NCBI GenBank assembly: GCA_035564555.1
Contig: DATMTS010000093.1
Location: forward strand, 19,314 to 83,313
Direction of reading: 5' to 3'
Source: Humibacter sp.
GTDB lineage: Bacteria; Actinomycetota; Actinomycetes; Actinomycetales; Microbacteriaceae
Length of the DNA stretch: 64,000 nt
A model generated the notes under the pieces. It was not told the origin of the DNA, did not search any database, and was given only the letters and a program-made list of their open reading frames with translations. Shown piece after piece: positions 47,818 through 60,356 of the stretch; positions within the stretch are counted from its first letter, which is position 1, and each line of letters opens with the position of its first letter. The position numbers and the translations under genes were made by a program.

Positions 47818-48261
47818 ATGAGCAACGCGACGAAGCCGCTCGAACCTCAGCAGCGCACGGCCCTCGACGAGCCATTCGATCCCGACCGGTTCTTCGGCGT
47901 CCAGGCGGCGTCCACCAGGGACCTGCCGGATCCCGAGCCGATGCTCATCAACCTCGCACGGTGCGTGCTCGAAGTGCTCGCCGGAGCGCGCGAACTGGAC
48001 CAGATGGTCCGATGGGTCACCGAAGACGTCTATGCGGCTCTGCTGCGCAGGGAGGTCTTGGCGCGCAGGGCTCGCGAGGTCAAGGGCGTGCGCGCGCATC
48101 GTCCGCAGCTCGCGGTGCTCAGCACGCGCTGGAGCAGCCCGAAAGACGGAGTGGTCGAGGGCGTCGTCGTCGTACGCACGCAGGTGCGGGTTCGGGCGAT
48201 CGCGTTGCGGCTGGAAGGCCTCGATCGACGCTGGCGGGCGAGCGCCGTCAACGTGCTGTAG
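47818..48261 (+). CDS. Rv3235-family protein (conserved secA-adjacent actinobacterial protein)
   Basis: ATG 47818 in frame in ORF 47776..48261. LARCVLEVLAGARELDQMVRWVTEDVY resembles the Rv3235 family core. Sits beside secA, as in M. tuberculosis. Confidence 0.65.
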   Translation: MSNATKPLEPQQRTALDEPFDPDRFFGVQAASTRDLPDPEPMLINLARCVLEVLAGARELDQMVRWVTEDVYAALLRREVLARRAREVKGVRAHRPQLAVLSTRWSSPKDGVVEGVVVVRTQVRVRAIALRLEGLDRRWRASAVNVL

Positions 48262-48276
48262 GGCCTCCGCCGACGG

Positions 48277-51096
<2,820 letters not shown>

Positions 51097-51236
51097 GGGA
51101 TGCTCTCCACTTGTTCGTCGGGACGCCACGCGGCGTCCGCGCGTCCGGTCGGACGCACGCGACCGACCGCAGCCGGCAACTATAGCAATGTTAGTGTGCC
51201 GATCTCTGCGCGCGCCGAGAGCACCCCGGCCTTCGA

Positions 51237-51938
51237 TCAGCGCCCGAGCTTGCGCGCCGCGGTCGCGACCTCCTGCAACTCGTCGGCGGCTTGATCGAGG
51301 CAGATCACGCCGTAGTCCCATCCCTTGCGTCGGTACACCACCGAGGGTCGGCCGCTCTCCTGGTCGATGAAGAGATAGAAGTCGTGTCCGACCAGTTCCA
51401 TGTAGTACAGGGCGTCTTCCGTCGTCATGGGAACAGAGGCGAAAACCTTCTTGCGGATCACGACGGGGCTGTACTCCTCGTCACTCTGCTCCTCTGCCGA
51501 CTCCTCGACCACGGGAACGCTGCCGGTGCGAACCTGCTCCAGCACTTCCACCTCTGCGGGCCTGATGTCGACCACGCTGAACCCTCCGGTCGACGCCTCC
51601 CGCAGCGAGGTAGGTCGATGCTGCCCATGATGCACTTTGCGGCGGTCCTTCGCTCGGCGCACCCGCTCCAGCATGCGCCCGATCGCCACATCGAACGCCG
51701 CGTATTTGTCGCCGCCGATTGCTTCGGCGCGTACCACCGGACCCGGGCCCACGAGAGTCAATTCAACCCGGTCGTCACCATTGGACTGACCGTTCGGCTT
51801 CTCGTTGTGCCTGCTCACCTTGACCTCGAGCGAGAGCGCGCGCTCGGCGAGATGCGAGACCTTCTCAGCCTTCTCGGTCGCGTAATCGCGGAAGCGATCG
51901 GTGATCCCCAGGTTGCGTCCGATGATGTTGATGTCCAC
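51237..51938 (-). CDS. hpf: Ribosome hibernation-promoting factor, long form
   Basis: N-terminal S30AE/YfiA domain ([20 protein letters not shown]...) and C-terminal dimerisation domain ([20 protein letters not shown]). Confidence 0.9.
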   Translation of the reverse strand: MDINIIGRNLGITDRFRDYATEKAEKVSHLAERALSLEVKVSRHNEKPNGQSNGDDRVELTLVGPGPVVRAEAIGGDKYAAFDVAIGRMLERVRRAKDRRKVHHGQHRPTSLREASTGGFSVVDIRPAEVEVLEQVRTGSVPVVEESAEEQSDEEYSPVVIRKKVFASVPMTTEDALYYMELVGHDFYLFIDQESGRPSVVYRRKGWDYGVICLDQAADELQEVATAARKLGR

Positions 51939-52052
51939 GAGAACCTCCCAGGTCCGGCGTGCCCCCGCCCGGGTGATGAGGGCGGATCATCCACGCCTTT
52001 TGACCTACCGTAGTGCGCGCTGCTGCATAAGTCACCAGCAATGGGCAATGAG

Positions 52053-52835
52053 TCACCCGACCTGGATGCCGGCCGGAAGTCGCCTGCGGGTATGGGCGAT
52101 CACGGCGGCGCCGACCACCGTCGCACCCGCCGCTTCCAGCGCCCGTCGAGCCTCTGCGATGGTGGCTCCGGTGGTCAGGATGTCGTCGACCACGAGGAAG
52201 GCCCGGCCGCGCGCCGAGCGCCGCGCGCGCAGCGAACCGGCGCGGTTCTGCTGCCGAGCGGCGATGCCGAGTGCCGACTGATCGATGGTCTGTCGTGCCG
52301 CGACCAGCACCCGCGTCGAGCGCAGACCGGCACAGCCCAGCACGAGCCGCACCGGGTGATAGCCGCGCCGGCGAAAGGCGGCGCGCGAGGACGGCACCGT
52401 CGCCAGCTCGATGACCGGCTCGGGCCGGCCGCGGGCGCAGACCACAGTCGAAGTGTCGCGCAGTGCAGCGTCGACCGATGCGAGCAGCGCGGGCGCCAGG
52501 CCGCTCGCCGCGTCGGTTCGCCCGGTCTCCTTGACCGCGACGAGCACCTGCCGCGCGACGCCGGCGTACCGCAGCGCGCTGTACACCCGCAGAGGCACCC
52601 GATCCGCCTGCCCCGACACCGGATGCTGCTGGATGTCGACAGGTAGGAGGACTGCCGAGCATCGGTCGCAGAGCGCGCGGTCATTCACCCCGCATCCGCT
52701 GCAGGTGGTGGGCGCGACCACGGCGATTGCGTCGAGCATCGCACGACGCAGCGCCGAACCCGCAGATGCGTTCATACCGGCCAGTGTCGCAGCCCGGCGC
52801 ATCGCCGGCCTCGGTCCGGCGGCCTCATCGTGCAC
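52053..52835 (-). CDS. ComF family phosphoribosyltransferase-domain protein
   Basis: N-terminal CSGC...CDRC zinc-finger-like pairs and C-terminal PRT motif FLVVDDILTTGAT. The true start is probably one of the internal ATGs (52802 or 52775). Confidence 0.75.
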   Translation of the reverse strand: MHDEAAGPRPAMRRAATLAGMNASAGSALRRAMLDAIAVVAPTTCSGCGVNDRALCDRCSAVLLPVDIQQHPVSGQADRVPLRVYSALRYAGVARQVLVAVKETGRTDAASGLAPALLASVDAALRDTSTVVCARGRPEPVIELATVPSSRAAFRRRGYHPVRLVLGCAGLRSTRVLVAARQTIDQSALGIAARQQNRAGSLRARRSARGRAFLVVDDILTTGATIAEARRALEAAGATVVGAAVIAHTRRRLPAGIQVG

Positions 52836-52892
52836 ACCGGGTTCCGACGCCGGCTGTGGAGGAGAAGAGGTCGCCCAGCGTGCCGGCTCGGC

Positions 52893-54599
52893 TCAGTTCG
52901 GCCGGCCCAGCTGGATGCCCAGGACCGTCACCCGATCGGCCTTCTGCTGCCAGCCGTTGCCGCGCTGGGACTGCAGAGAACCGGCCGAGGTCAGGACCCA
53001 GTACGGCGGCACCGCCGCAGCGCCGGCGATGGACGCTCCGCCGTCGGGTCCGGGTGTCTGCGTCGCCATGCCACCGAGGGTCTGCACCGAGACGACGCTC
53101 TCGCCGTGCCCCTGGCTGCCCAGGGCCGCGACATCCAACTCGTCCAACCAGCTCAAGGAGCGCGTGTTCGCTGTGGCGACCGGACCGAGATCGACGGGTT
53201 CGTTGATCCTGGAGGGTCTGCCATGCGTGTCGCGCGCGATGCCCGCCGCGACCACGTCGGTGTGTGCGCCGAACGAGACGAGCGCGGCAAGCCGGGTGCC
53301 GTCCCGGGACAGGGCGATCGCGCGTGGGGTCGAACCGCTCGGCCAGACGACGCTCAACGAGATCGGCTGGCGGTCCGGACCCGTGGCGCGCAGAGTCGCC
53401 GGCTGAGACGAGGCGGCGGACCACACGTAGCCTGCGTTGTCGAGCGACGGCGCGAGCAGCCCGGCGCGCGTGTCCACCGGCTTGCCCGCCTCCTCGCCGG
53501 AGCGCACGGCATAGACGCCGCCGGGGCCGAGCACGGCCGCGCTCGATCGATCGGCGGACAGGGTGACGGCCGTCGGGGTGAGCGCAGCGACGGTGTCGCT
53601 GATGCCGGGGATGGTCTGCACCGTCGAGCCGGAGAGCAGCCCGAACGCCCCGGCGCGCAGCACGAGCGGGTTCGGATCGACGTCGGGGTCCTGGATCGGA
53701 GCGCGCGAGGCGAGCGGTTGGGCGCTGGCGTCGACGCCTTCGATCTGCAGCCGCACGCTGGTCACGCCCAACGCACTGGTCAGCGATTCGGTCAGTTGCA
53801 GGTTCATTCGCGCGAGCGCGAGCGGGTTCGCTCCGCCCGCCGTGCTGTTCAGATCGACGTCGGCGATTCCGCCGGTCGCGGGCACCGAGTCGATGGTCAG
53901 TTGCGATCCGGCCGGGAACGCCGATACGACGGCGCCGGTCAGCCATTTGGCCGGTCCGGCCGAGACCAGTTCCTTCACGATGCGGGCGCGGGTGGAGGCG
54001 GGCGACGTCGGGAACCAGCGCTCGTCGGGAACCAGATAGCGGTAGTCCGGGCTGTAGAAGTACAGCGGATGGGCGCTGAACACGTCGCCGAATTGGGAGT
54101 CGCCGATGACGATGCCGTTCGGTGCCTTCGAGATGCGCCACTGGCCCTTCTCTCGCGCGAAGGAGTACGTCTGGGCGATCGGCGTCGACGACTCGGCGCG
54201 CAGAAAGTTGCCGTCGGCATCCACGAACGCGACCGGCTTCACGTTCAGCACGCGATGCGTGGCGTCGATGGGCGAGTCGACCCGGGAGTTGCGCGAATCC
54301 ACCGTCACCGAGGCATCCGGATTCCAACTCGAAGCGAACCGGGTGGTCAGGAATCGGCGGGCTATCTCGTAGCCGCTCTGGGGGCTCACGGCGGCGTCGA
54401 TGAATCCCTGCAGGATCTGCTCCTGGCTGGAACCGTTCGTGGGCCCGGCCGGGATGAAATCGACGGGCCCGAGGCCGTTGTCAGCCTGACTGATCGAGCC
54501 ACCGCCCTGCACCGCACCGCCGCGCGGAATGGACGCGCAGCCCGCCAGCGCAGCGATCGCGATCAGCCCGGCGAGCAGTCGGATGCTGCGTCTCACCAT
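52893..54599 (-). CDS. lpqB: LpqB lipoprotein of the MtrAB-LpqB system
   Basis: ORF trimmed to ATG 54599-54597. Lipobox ALAGC. GerMN-like plus beta-propeller-like sequence. 7-nt overlap with the mtrB stop. Confidence 0.85.
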   Translation of the reverse strand: MVRRSIRLLAGLIAIAALAGCASIPRGGAVQGGGSISQADNGLGPVDFIPAGPTNGSSQEQILQGFIDAAVSPQSGYEIARRFLTTRFASSWNPDASVTVDSRNSRVDSPIDATHRVLNVKPVAFVDADGNFLRAESSTPIAQTYSFAREKGQWRISKAPNGIVIGDSQFGDVFSAHPLYFYSPDYRYLVPDERWFPTSPASTRARIVKELVSAGPAKWLTGAVVSAFPAGSQLTIDSVPATGGIADVDLNSTAGGANPLALARMNLQLTESLTSALGVTSVRLQIEGVDASAQPLASRAPIQDPDVDPNPLVLRAGAFGLLSGSTVQTIPGISDTVAALTPTAVTLSADRSSAAVLGPGGVYAVRSGEEAGKPVDTRAGLLAPSLDNAGYVWSAASSQPATLRATGPDRQPISLSVVWPSGSTPRAIALSRDGTRLAALVSFGAHTDVVAAGIARDTHGRPSRINEPVDLGPVATANTRSLSWLDELDVAALGSQGHGESVVSVQTLGGMATQTPGPDGGASIAGAAAVPPYWVLTSAGSLQSQRGNGWQQKADRVTVLGIQLGRPN

Positions 54600-56329
54600 G
54601 GTTGCACCTCCGATCCAGGATGCGTGCGCGCCGCGTTCACGCTGCCGGACTCGTCGGCGTTCTGCGCCCCGGACTCGGCGGCGTGTTCCGGGTATGACCC
54701 GCCCACCCGGTCCGTCTCGTTCTCCCGGTCCGACCCGCTCGGGGACAGCGGCAATGGCGAGGAGCCGATGCTGCCGTCCGGCTCGCGCGGAAGGGTCAGC
54801 CGGAAGCACGATCCTTCGCCGGGGCTCGACCAGACATCGAGCCATCCGCCGTGCAACGTCGCATCTTCCAAGGCGATGGCCAGGCCGAGCCCGGTGCCCC
54901 CGATCGAGCGCCTGCGTGACGGATCGGCGCGCCAGAATCGGTCGAAGACGCGTCGGGTGTCTTGCTGCGTCATGCCCAGTCCGTTGTCGCGCACACTCAA
55001 TGCGACCGCCGTTTCGTTGCTGTCCACCGTGACGATGATGGGCTTCCCCTCGCCGTGCTCGATCGCGTTGCCCAGCAGGTTGCGCACGACCCTGCGGATG
55101 CGACGCGGATCCATCTCGACCTGGAAGTAACCGCCTGGTGCCACCAGACGAACCTCCGAGCCGTTCTGATCGGCCAACGCCTGCAGGCTGTCGATCGCGT
55201 CCTCTGCCAGTCGCACCAGATTCGTCGGCTCGAGCTCCAAGGCCACCGAACCCGCATCGTATCTGCTGATCTCCAGCAGGTCGGAGAGCAAGAGATCGAA
55301 CCGTTCGATCTGGGTGTGCAGCAGTTCGGCCGTGCGCCCGGTGGCCGGCGGGAACGACGCACGCTGATCGTAGATCACGTCGCCCGCGAGCCGGATGGTC
55401 GTCAGCGGCGTGCGCAGTTCGTGCGAGACGTCGGAGACGAAACGCTGCTGCAGTTGGGAGAGCGTGGCCAGTTGCGTGATCTGCCGCTGCAGGGCATCCG
55501 CCATTCCGTTGAACGACCTCGCGAGAGTGGTGAAGACGTCCTCGCCCTTCTCGGGCATGCGCACCTCGAGCTCGCCGGCCGCCAGCCGCTGGCTCGTCTC
55601 GGCCGCGAGCCTGATCGGCACGACGACGAACCGCACGACCACCCAGGTGATCGCGCCGATCAGCAGCACGAGCGCGAGACCCGCCAGCAGAAGCGTGCGC
55701 TGTACGAAGAGCAGCGTCTGCTCCGAGTCGTGCAGCCGATAGCCGAGGTAGAGCTCGTAACGTCCGGCGTTCGGCAGCACGAGTTCGGTGCCGACGACGA
55801 TGCCGGGATCGGTAGAACCGTCGGGCGCGGGCAGGGCGACCGACTGGGCATAGATGGCGTGGTCGGAGGACCGTACCTTCGCCTTGAGCTCGCCGCTGAT
55901 CACGGACTGGGCCGAACCGAAGGTGGTGATACCGGTCGGCGCGCCGGCCGCGGCACCCTGGCCCGGCACCCGCGATGACTGGATGAGGTTGGTCGAGGTG
56001 GAGTTCTTGACGTCGCCGAGAACCTGCTGGAACAGGCTCTGCACTGCTGCGGGATCCGTGGCGTCCGCCGCGTCCAGCTTCTTCTGTGCGTCGGTCGTCG
56101 CGCGCGCGGAATCGCCGAATGCCTGGTCGAGCCTCGACTGGTACAGGTCGTTGCTGATGCTGAACGAGACGACGACGCCGGTGACCAGGATCGCGATACC
56201 GGTGAGTGCGACGGTGATGAGCACCGTACGGAACCGCAGCGACGTACGCCAGACGTGCACGAGGCGGGATGGAAGGCGCCGCGCCGCGCGCCAGTCCATC
56301 CTCGTCGGCACACCCGGGTGCGTCGTCAT
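54593..56329 (-). CDS. mtrB: Sensor histidine kinase MtrB
   Basis: Two TM helices flanking an extracytoplasmic loop, HAMP, H-box VSHELRTPLT, HATPase NLLGNAIEHG...DNGLGM...GGTGLGLAI. Confidence 0.9.
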   Translation of the reverse strand: MTTHPGVPTRMDWRAARRLPSRLVHVWRTSLRFRTVLITVALTGIAILVTGVVVSFSISNDLYQSRLDQAFGDSARATTDAQKKLDAADATDPAAVQSLFQQVLGDVKNSTSTNLIQSSRVPGQGAAAGAPTGITTFGSAQSVISGELKAKVRSSDHAIYAQSVALPAPDGSTDPGIVVGTELVLPNAGRYELYLGYRLHDSEQTLLFVQRTLLLAGLALVLLIGAITWVVVRFVVVPIRLAAETSQRLAAGELEVRMPEKGEDVFTTLARSFNGMADALQRQITQLATLSQLQQRFVSDVSHELRTPLTTIRLAGDVIYDQRASFPPATGRTAELLHTQIERFDLLLSDLLEISRYDAGSVALELEPTNLVRLAEDAIDSLQALADQNGSEVRLVAPGGYFQVEMDPRRIRRVVRNLLGNAIEHGEGKPIIVTVDSNETAVALSVRDNGLGMTQQDTRRVFDRFWRADPSRRRSIGGTGLGLAIALEDATLHGGWLDVWSSPGEGSCFRLTLPREPDGSIGSSPLPLSPSGSDRENETDRVGGSYPEHAAESGAQNADESGSVNAARTHPGSEVQPW

Positions 56330-56336
56330 GGTCGGA

Positions 56337-57020
56337 TCAGGCTGAGACGCCGGCGCGGTAGCCGACGCCGCGCACCGTCGTCACGATGCGCGGGTTGTCC
56401 GGATCGTCTTCGACCTTGGCCCGCAGGCGCTGCACATGCACATTGACCAGCCGGGTGTCGGCCTTGTAGTGGTAGCCCCAGACCTGCTCGAGCAGCATCT
56501 CGCGAGTGAACACCTGCTGCGGCTTCGAGGCGAGTGCGAGCAGCAGTTCGAACTCGAGCGGCGTGAGGTTGATGCGCTTCTCGCCGCGCCGCACCTCGTG
56601 TGCCGCGACGTCGACGGTGAGGTCGCCGACTTGAAGCCGCTCGACGGAACCGTTCGACGAGGTCGGCCGCAGCCGGGTGCGGATGCGAGCGACGAGCTCT
56701 TTCGGGTTGAAGGGCTTGACCATGTAGTCGTCCGCCCCCGACTCCAGGCCCTTCACGACGTCGGCCGTGTCCGACTTCGCGGTGAGCATGATGATCGGCA
56801 CTCCCGATTCGGCACGGATGCGGCCGCACACCTCGATCCCGTCCAGGCCGGGCAGCATCAGGTCGAGCAGCACCAGGTCAGGACGAGCCGCGCGGAAGGC
56901 TTCGAACGCGACGGCGCCATCGGCACAGAAGTGCGGTTCGAAACCCTCCGTGCGCAGCACGATGCCGATCATCTCGGCAAGCGCGGTGTCGTCGTCGACA
57001 ACCAGAATTCGAGCGCTCAT
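56337..57020 (-). CDS. mtrA: OmpR-family response regulator MtrA
   Basis: ILVVDDD...LLDLMLPGLDG receiver and winged-helix output VHVQRLRAKVE...TVRGVGY. Near-identical in pattern to mycobacterial MtrA. Confidence 0.93.
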   Translation of the reverse strand: MSARILVVDDDTALAEMIGIVLRTEGFEPHFCADGAVAFEAFRAARPDLVLLDLMLPGLDGIEVCGRIRAESGVPIIMLTAKSDTADVVKGLESGADDYMVKPFNPKELVARIRTRLRPTSSNGSVERLQVGDLTVDVAAHEVRRGEKRINLTPLEFELLLALASKPQQVFTREMLLEQVWGYHYKADTRLVNVHVQRLRAKVEDDPDNPRIVTTVRGVGYRAGVSA

Positions 57021-57193
57021 AGACCCTTTTCTGCGTCAGGGCCCGCTGAGGGGTGGGGCGAGCCATGGTACTTCTCGCACAAGAGTAGTCGACGCGGTGC
57101 ACGGTAGGCCGTGATATGCCAGCATGGGAGGCGCCGAGCGGCCCGCGCCAACGGACGAGCTGTCAGCCGCGTCGATCGGCTTGCGAGTGAGGG

Positions 57194-58393
57194 GTGCACG
57201 TGACGGACGACCAGAGCTGGCGGGCGCCGGGGGCCGACGGCTCGACACCACCCGGGGCCATGCCCCCGCCCGGCTACGGACCGCCGCCCGGCTACGGACC
57301 GCCACCCGGCTACGGACCCCCACCCGGCTACGGACCGCCGCCCGGTTGGACACCGCCGCCGAAGCCTGGGCTCATTCCGTTGCGCCCGCTCGGCTTCGGG
57401 ACCTTGATCGGCGCGCCCTTCCAGGTGCTGCGCCGCAATCCGAAGCCGACCTTCGGCAGCGCCGTGCTGGTGCAGGCGATCGTGCTACTGGTCTCCGTAG
57501 TCGTGATCGGCGCTGTCACGGCGATCGCGATCACGCGCATCACCATGGCCGATGCCTCCGACCTCGACGCGATCTCCACCGGATCGATCGTCGCCGTCGT
57601 GCTTGCGGCGTTGGTGCCGATCGGGTTCGGGATGCTGGCATCCGCCTGGTTGCAGGGCGTGATCGTGACGGAGGTCGCCCACGCGACCCTGGGTGAGAAG
57701 CTGCGGATGCGAGGCCTGTGGCGAGGCATCGTCGGACGACGAGCGGCGTTGCTGGGCTGGATCGCGATCGAGGCGGCGGCGGTGACGCTCGCCCTCGCTC
57801 TCGTCGCCGGCGTCGTCACCGGACTGGTGATGCTCGGCACGGGCGGAATCGTCGCCGGCGTCGCGATCGGCATCCTGGGCGGTCTCGGACTACTTGTGCT
57901 GTGGGTCTGGCTCTCGACCAAACTGGCACTGGTGCCGAGCGCGATCGTGCTCGAGCGGGCAACCGTGCGGGCCGCGGTCGCGCGATCCTGGCGCCTGACC
58001 GACCGTTTCTTCTGGCGTACGTTCGGCGTACAGATCCTGGTCGGCATCATCTGCGCGGTCGCGGCGCAGATCGTGTCTCTGCCGTTCTCGATCCTGCTGC
58101 CGCTGATCTCGGCGCTGCTCGCTCCCACCGGACCCCAGTCGAACACGACGATGATGGTCGTCACGATCGTGATCTACCTCGTGCAACTGCTCATCTCGCT
58201 CGTGGTGGGCGGCATAACCTCCGTGGTGCAATCGGCGGCGACCGCGCTCATCTACGTCGACCTGCGGATGCGCAAGGAGGGCCTGGACCTCACACTGATC
58301 CGGTTCGTAGAAGGTCGCCAGGCGGGCCGGCCCACCGAGGCGAACCCGTTCGCGACACCGCGGTTCGACCAGCGGGCGGCGGCGTGGTCCTGA
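57194..58393 (+). CDS. Polytopic membrane protein with N-terminal (PPPGYG)x4 repeat
   Basis: GTG start (57194 or 57200). An 18-nt tandem repeat at 57263-57346 encodes PPPGYG x4 plus PPPGWT. About 6-7 TM helices. First gene of a coupled five-gene operon. Confidence 0.6.
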   Translation: MHVTDDQSWRAPGADGSTPPGAMPPPGYGPPPGYGPPPGYGPPPGYGPPPGWTPPPKPGLIPLRPLGFGTLIGAPFQVLRRNPKPTFGSAVLVQAIVLLVSVVVIGAVTAIAITRITMADASDLDAISTGSIVAVVLAALVPIGFGMLASAWLQGVIVTEVAHATLGEKLRMRGLWRGIVGRRAALLGWIAIEAAAVTLALALVAGVVTGLVMLGTGGIVAGVAIGILGGLGLLVLWVWLSTKLALVPSAIVLERATVRAAVARSWRLTDRFFWRTFGVQILVGIICAVAAQIVSLPFSILLPLISALLAPTGPQSNTTMMVVTIVIYLVQLLISLVVGGITSVVQSAATALIYVDLRMRKEGLDLTLIRFVEGRQAGRPTEANPFATPRFDQRAAAWS

Positions 58394-59127
58394 CCGCAGC
58401 CGTTCTGTTCCTGCCAACGGGCATCCCAGTGGACCCGGATGCGCCGCATGCTCGGCAATGGCTCATCGACGAACTGGCGAAACCGGAATACCAGGCCGCG
58501 AAGCCGACCTGGTTCGACCTGGTTTCGCAAGCAATCAAGGATTGGCTGGCATCTCTGCACGTTCCCGGTGCCGCCGGCGACGGCAATCTCTTCCTGATCA
58601 TCGCGGCGGTCATCGTGCTTGCCATCGTCGTCACTGCGTTCCTGGTGTTCGGCGTGCCGAGGCTCTCCCGCCGAGCGCCGGCCGCCGGCGTGTTCGAAGA
58701 CGATGGCCGTTCTGCCGATGATCTGCGGGAGGCAGCGAAGGCGGCGGCCGCGAAGGGCGACTGGTCGGCTGCCCTGCTCGACCGCTTCCGGGCCGTCGCG
58801 CTCTCGTTGCGGGAGCGCGCCGTCGTGCCCATCCTGCCGGGGACGACGGCCCACGAGGTGGCCGAACGAGCGGCGCCGGTGTTTCCCGCCCACGCGGAGG
58901 AGCTTCGTGCCGCTGCCGCATCGTTCGACGGGGTGCGCTACCTCGGCAGGTCGGCGACCAGGGCCGCCCACGACCGGGTGAGCGCGTTGGACGACGACCT
59001 GCGGCGTGCCCGGCCGTCGATCGGGCACCGTGATGCGGCTTCGGCGGATGCGCACGGACCGGCCCTGAACGGACCCGGCGGAGCGAGCGAGGCCGGGGAT
59101 GCCTGGGCTCGGATCGGAGCGCCATGA
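58384..59127 (+). CDS. DUF4129-like membrane-anchored protein
   Basis: GTG 58384 overlaps the upstream stop by 10 nt. One TM (LFLIIAAVIVLAIVVTAFLVF) and a C-terminal PGTTAHEVAERA segment typical of DUF4129, as I recall it. Confidence 0.55.
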   Translation: MVLTAAVLFLPTGIPVDPDAPHARQWLIDELAKPEYQAAKPTWFDLVSQAIKDWLASLHVPGAAGDGNLFLIIAAVIVLAIVVTAFLVFGVPRLSRRAPAAGVFEDDGRSADDLREAAKAAAAKGDWSAALLDRFRAVALSLRERAVVPILPGTTAHEVAERAAPVFPAHAEELRAAAASFDGVRYLGRSATRAAHDRVSALDDDLRRARPSIGHRDAASADAHGPALNGPGGASEAGDAWARIGAP

Positions 59128-60356
59128 GCGTGACGACGACGTCGGCCCCCGCCCCGACTCCCGCTCCCGGCGGTACGGTTCGGCAGAGTGTGCGGCGTGG
59201 CAGATTCTGGATCGTGCTCGGCGTCATCCTGATCGGCGTCGTCGTCATCATGCTGGTGCTGCGCGGCGGTGCGCCGGAGGCAGGCACGCCGCTCGCCGCG
59301 GACAACCCGGCGCCGCAGGGCGGCAAGGCCGTCGCCCAGGTGCTGAGCCGGCACGGCGTGCAGGTGCACATCGCCCGTTCCCTGAAGTCCGCCACCGCGC
59401 AGTCCACGGGGGCGACCGTGCTGCTCTACGACCCGAACGGCTACCTCGACGACGAGCAACTGCGCGGCCTCGGCGAAGCAGCCGGCGCCCTGGTGGTCGT
59501 CGAGCCCGGGTTCGAGACATTGCGCGCGCTGGTGCCGGGACTGCGCCTGGCGGGCACGCCCAGGTCGGGAGGGTTCACGGCTCGGTGCACACAACGCGCC
59601 GCCGTGCGCGCCGGCTCGATCAGTGCCGCGACGGCCGCATACCGGCCGTCGAACGCCTCCCAGATCGGGTGCTTCCCGACCGGTGACGGCGCGTACGCCA
59701 TGGTCGTCTCCCACACGACGGCCGGCACCGTCACGGTGCTCGGGTCGCGTGCGGTGTTCGCCAACGAGAGCGTGATCAGACGTGGGAACGCGGCACTTGC
59801 GCTCGGGGTGCTCGGCCAACGGGCCGATCTCGTCTGGTATCTGCCGACGGCCTCCGACGTGGCGGCGTCCGGCCCTCCCTCGCTCGCGCAGCTGACGCCC
59901 GGCTGGGTCACTCCCGCGGTGCTGCTGCTGCTCGCGGTGTTCGTGGCGGCGGCGGTCTGGCGCGGCCGCCGGTTCGGCCCGTTGGTGATCGAGAACCTGC
60001 CCGTCGTGGTTCGCGCCGAGGAGACCATGGAAGGCAGATCGCGCTTGTATCAGCGGTCCTCCGCCCGGCTGCGCGCGCTGGACGCCCTGCGCATCGGCAG
60101 CACCGGGCGTATCGCCGCACTCGCCGGACTGCCCTCCAACGCGGGAATCGTCACCGTGGCCTCGGCCGCCGCGACGCTGACCGCACGCTCCCCGGCAGAG
60201 GTGGAACGCATCCTGGTCAATGCCGCGCCCCACTCGGACCGCGAACTGATGGGGCTCGCCCGAGAGCTCGACGCTTTGGAGGCGGCCGTGCGATCCGCGA
60301 CGCGGAGTGCCACCGGCAGCGGAACCGACCAGCCGAACGGCAGAATGGCACAATGA
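59124..60356 (+). CDS. DUF4350-like protein with N- and C-proximal TM helices
   Basis: ATGA overlap with the upstream stop. TM at residues about 27-45 and about 250-270. Family name recalled from the usual MoxR/DUF58 neighbourhood. Confidence 0.5.
   Translation: MSVTTTSAPAPTPAPGGTVRQSVRRGRFWIVLGVILIGVVVIMLVLRGGAPEAGTPLAADNPAPQGGKAVAQVLSRHGVQVHIARSLKSATAQSTGATVLLYDPNGYLDDEQLRGLGEAAGALVVVEPGFETLRALVPGLRLAGTPRSGGFTARCTQRAAVRAGSISAATAAYRPSNASQIGCFPTGDGAYAMVVSHTTAGTVTVLGSRAVFANESVIRRGNAALALGVLGQRADLVWYLPTASDVAASGPPSLAQLTPGWVTPAVLLLLAVFVAAAVWRGRRFGPLVIENLPVVVRAEETMEGRSRLYQRSSARLRALDALRIGSTGRIAALAGLPSNAGIVTVASAAATLTARSPAEVERILVNAAPHSDRELMGLARELDALEAAVRSATRSATGSGTDQPNGRMAQ

Noticed and set aside
51097-51236. 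Structured secA 5' leader with a TATAGT -10-like hexamer and GC hairpins as a riboswitch or sRNA
   Set aside because: The hairpins are short (4-7 bp) and no known motif is recognised. It is a plausible ordinary promoter and UTR with insufficient evidence for anything more.
52830-55130. 766-aa plus-strand ORF, with similar long ORFs opposite lpqB/mtrB and 12463..13773, 17801..19282, 23701..25479, 26619..27710
   Set aside because: All are antisense to, or out of frame with, genes carrying strong family motifs. Their composition is consistent with GC-driven open frames.
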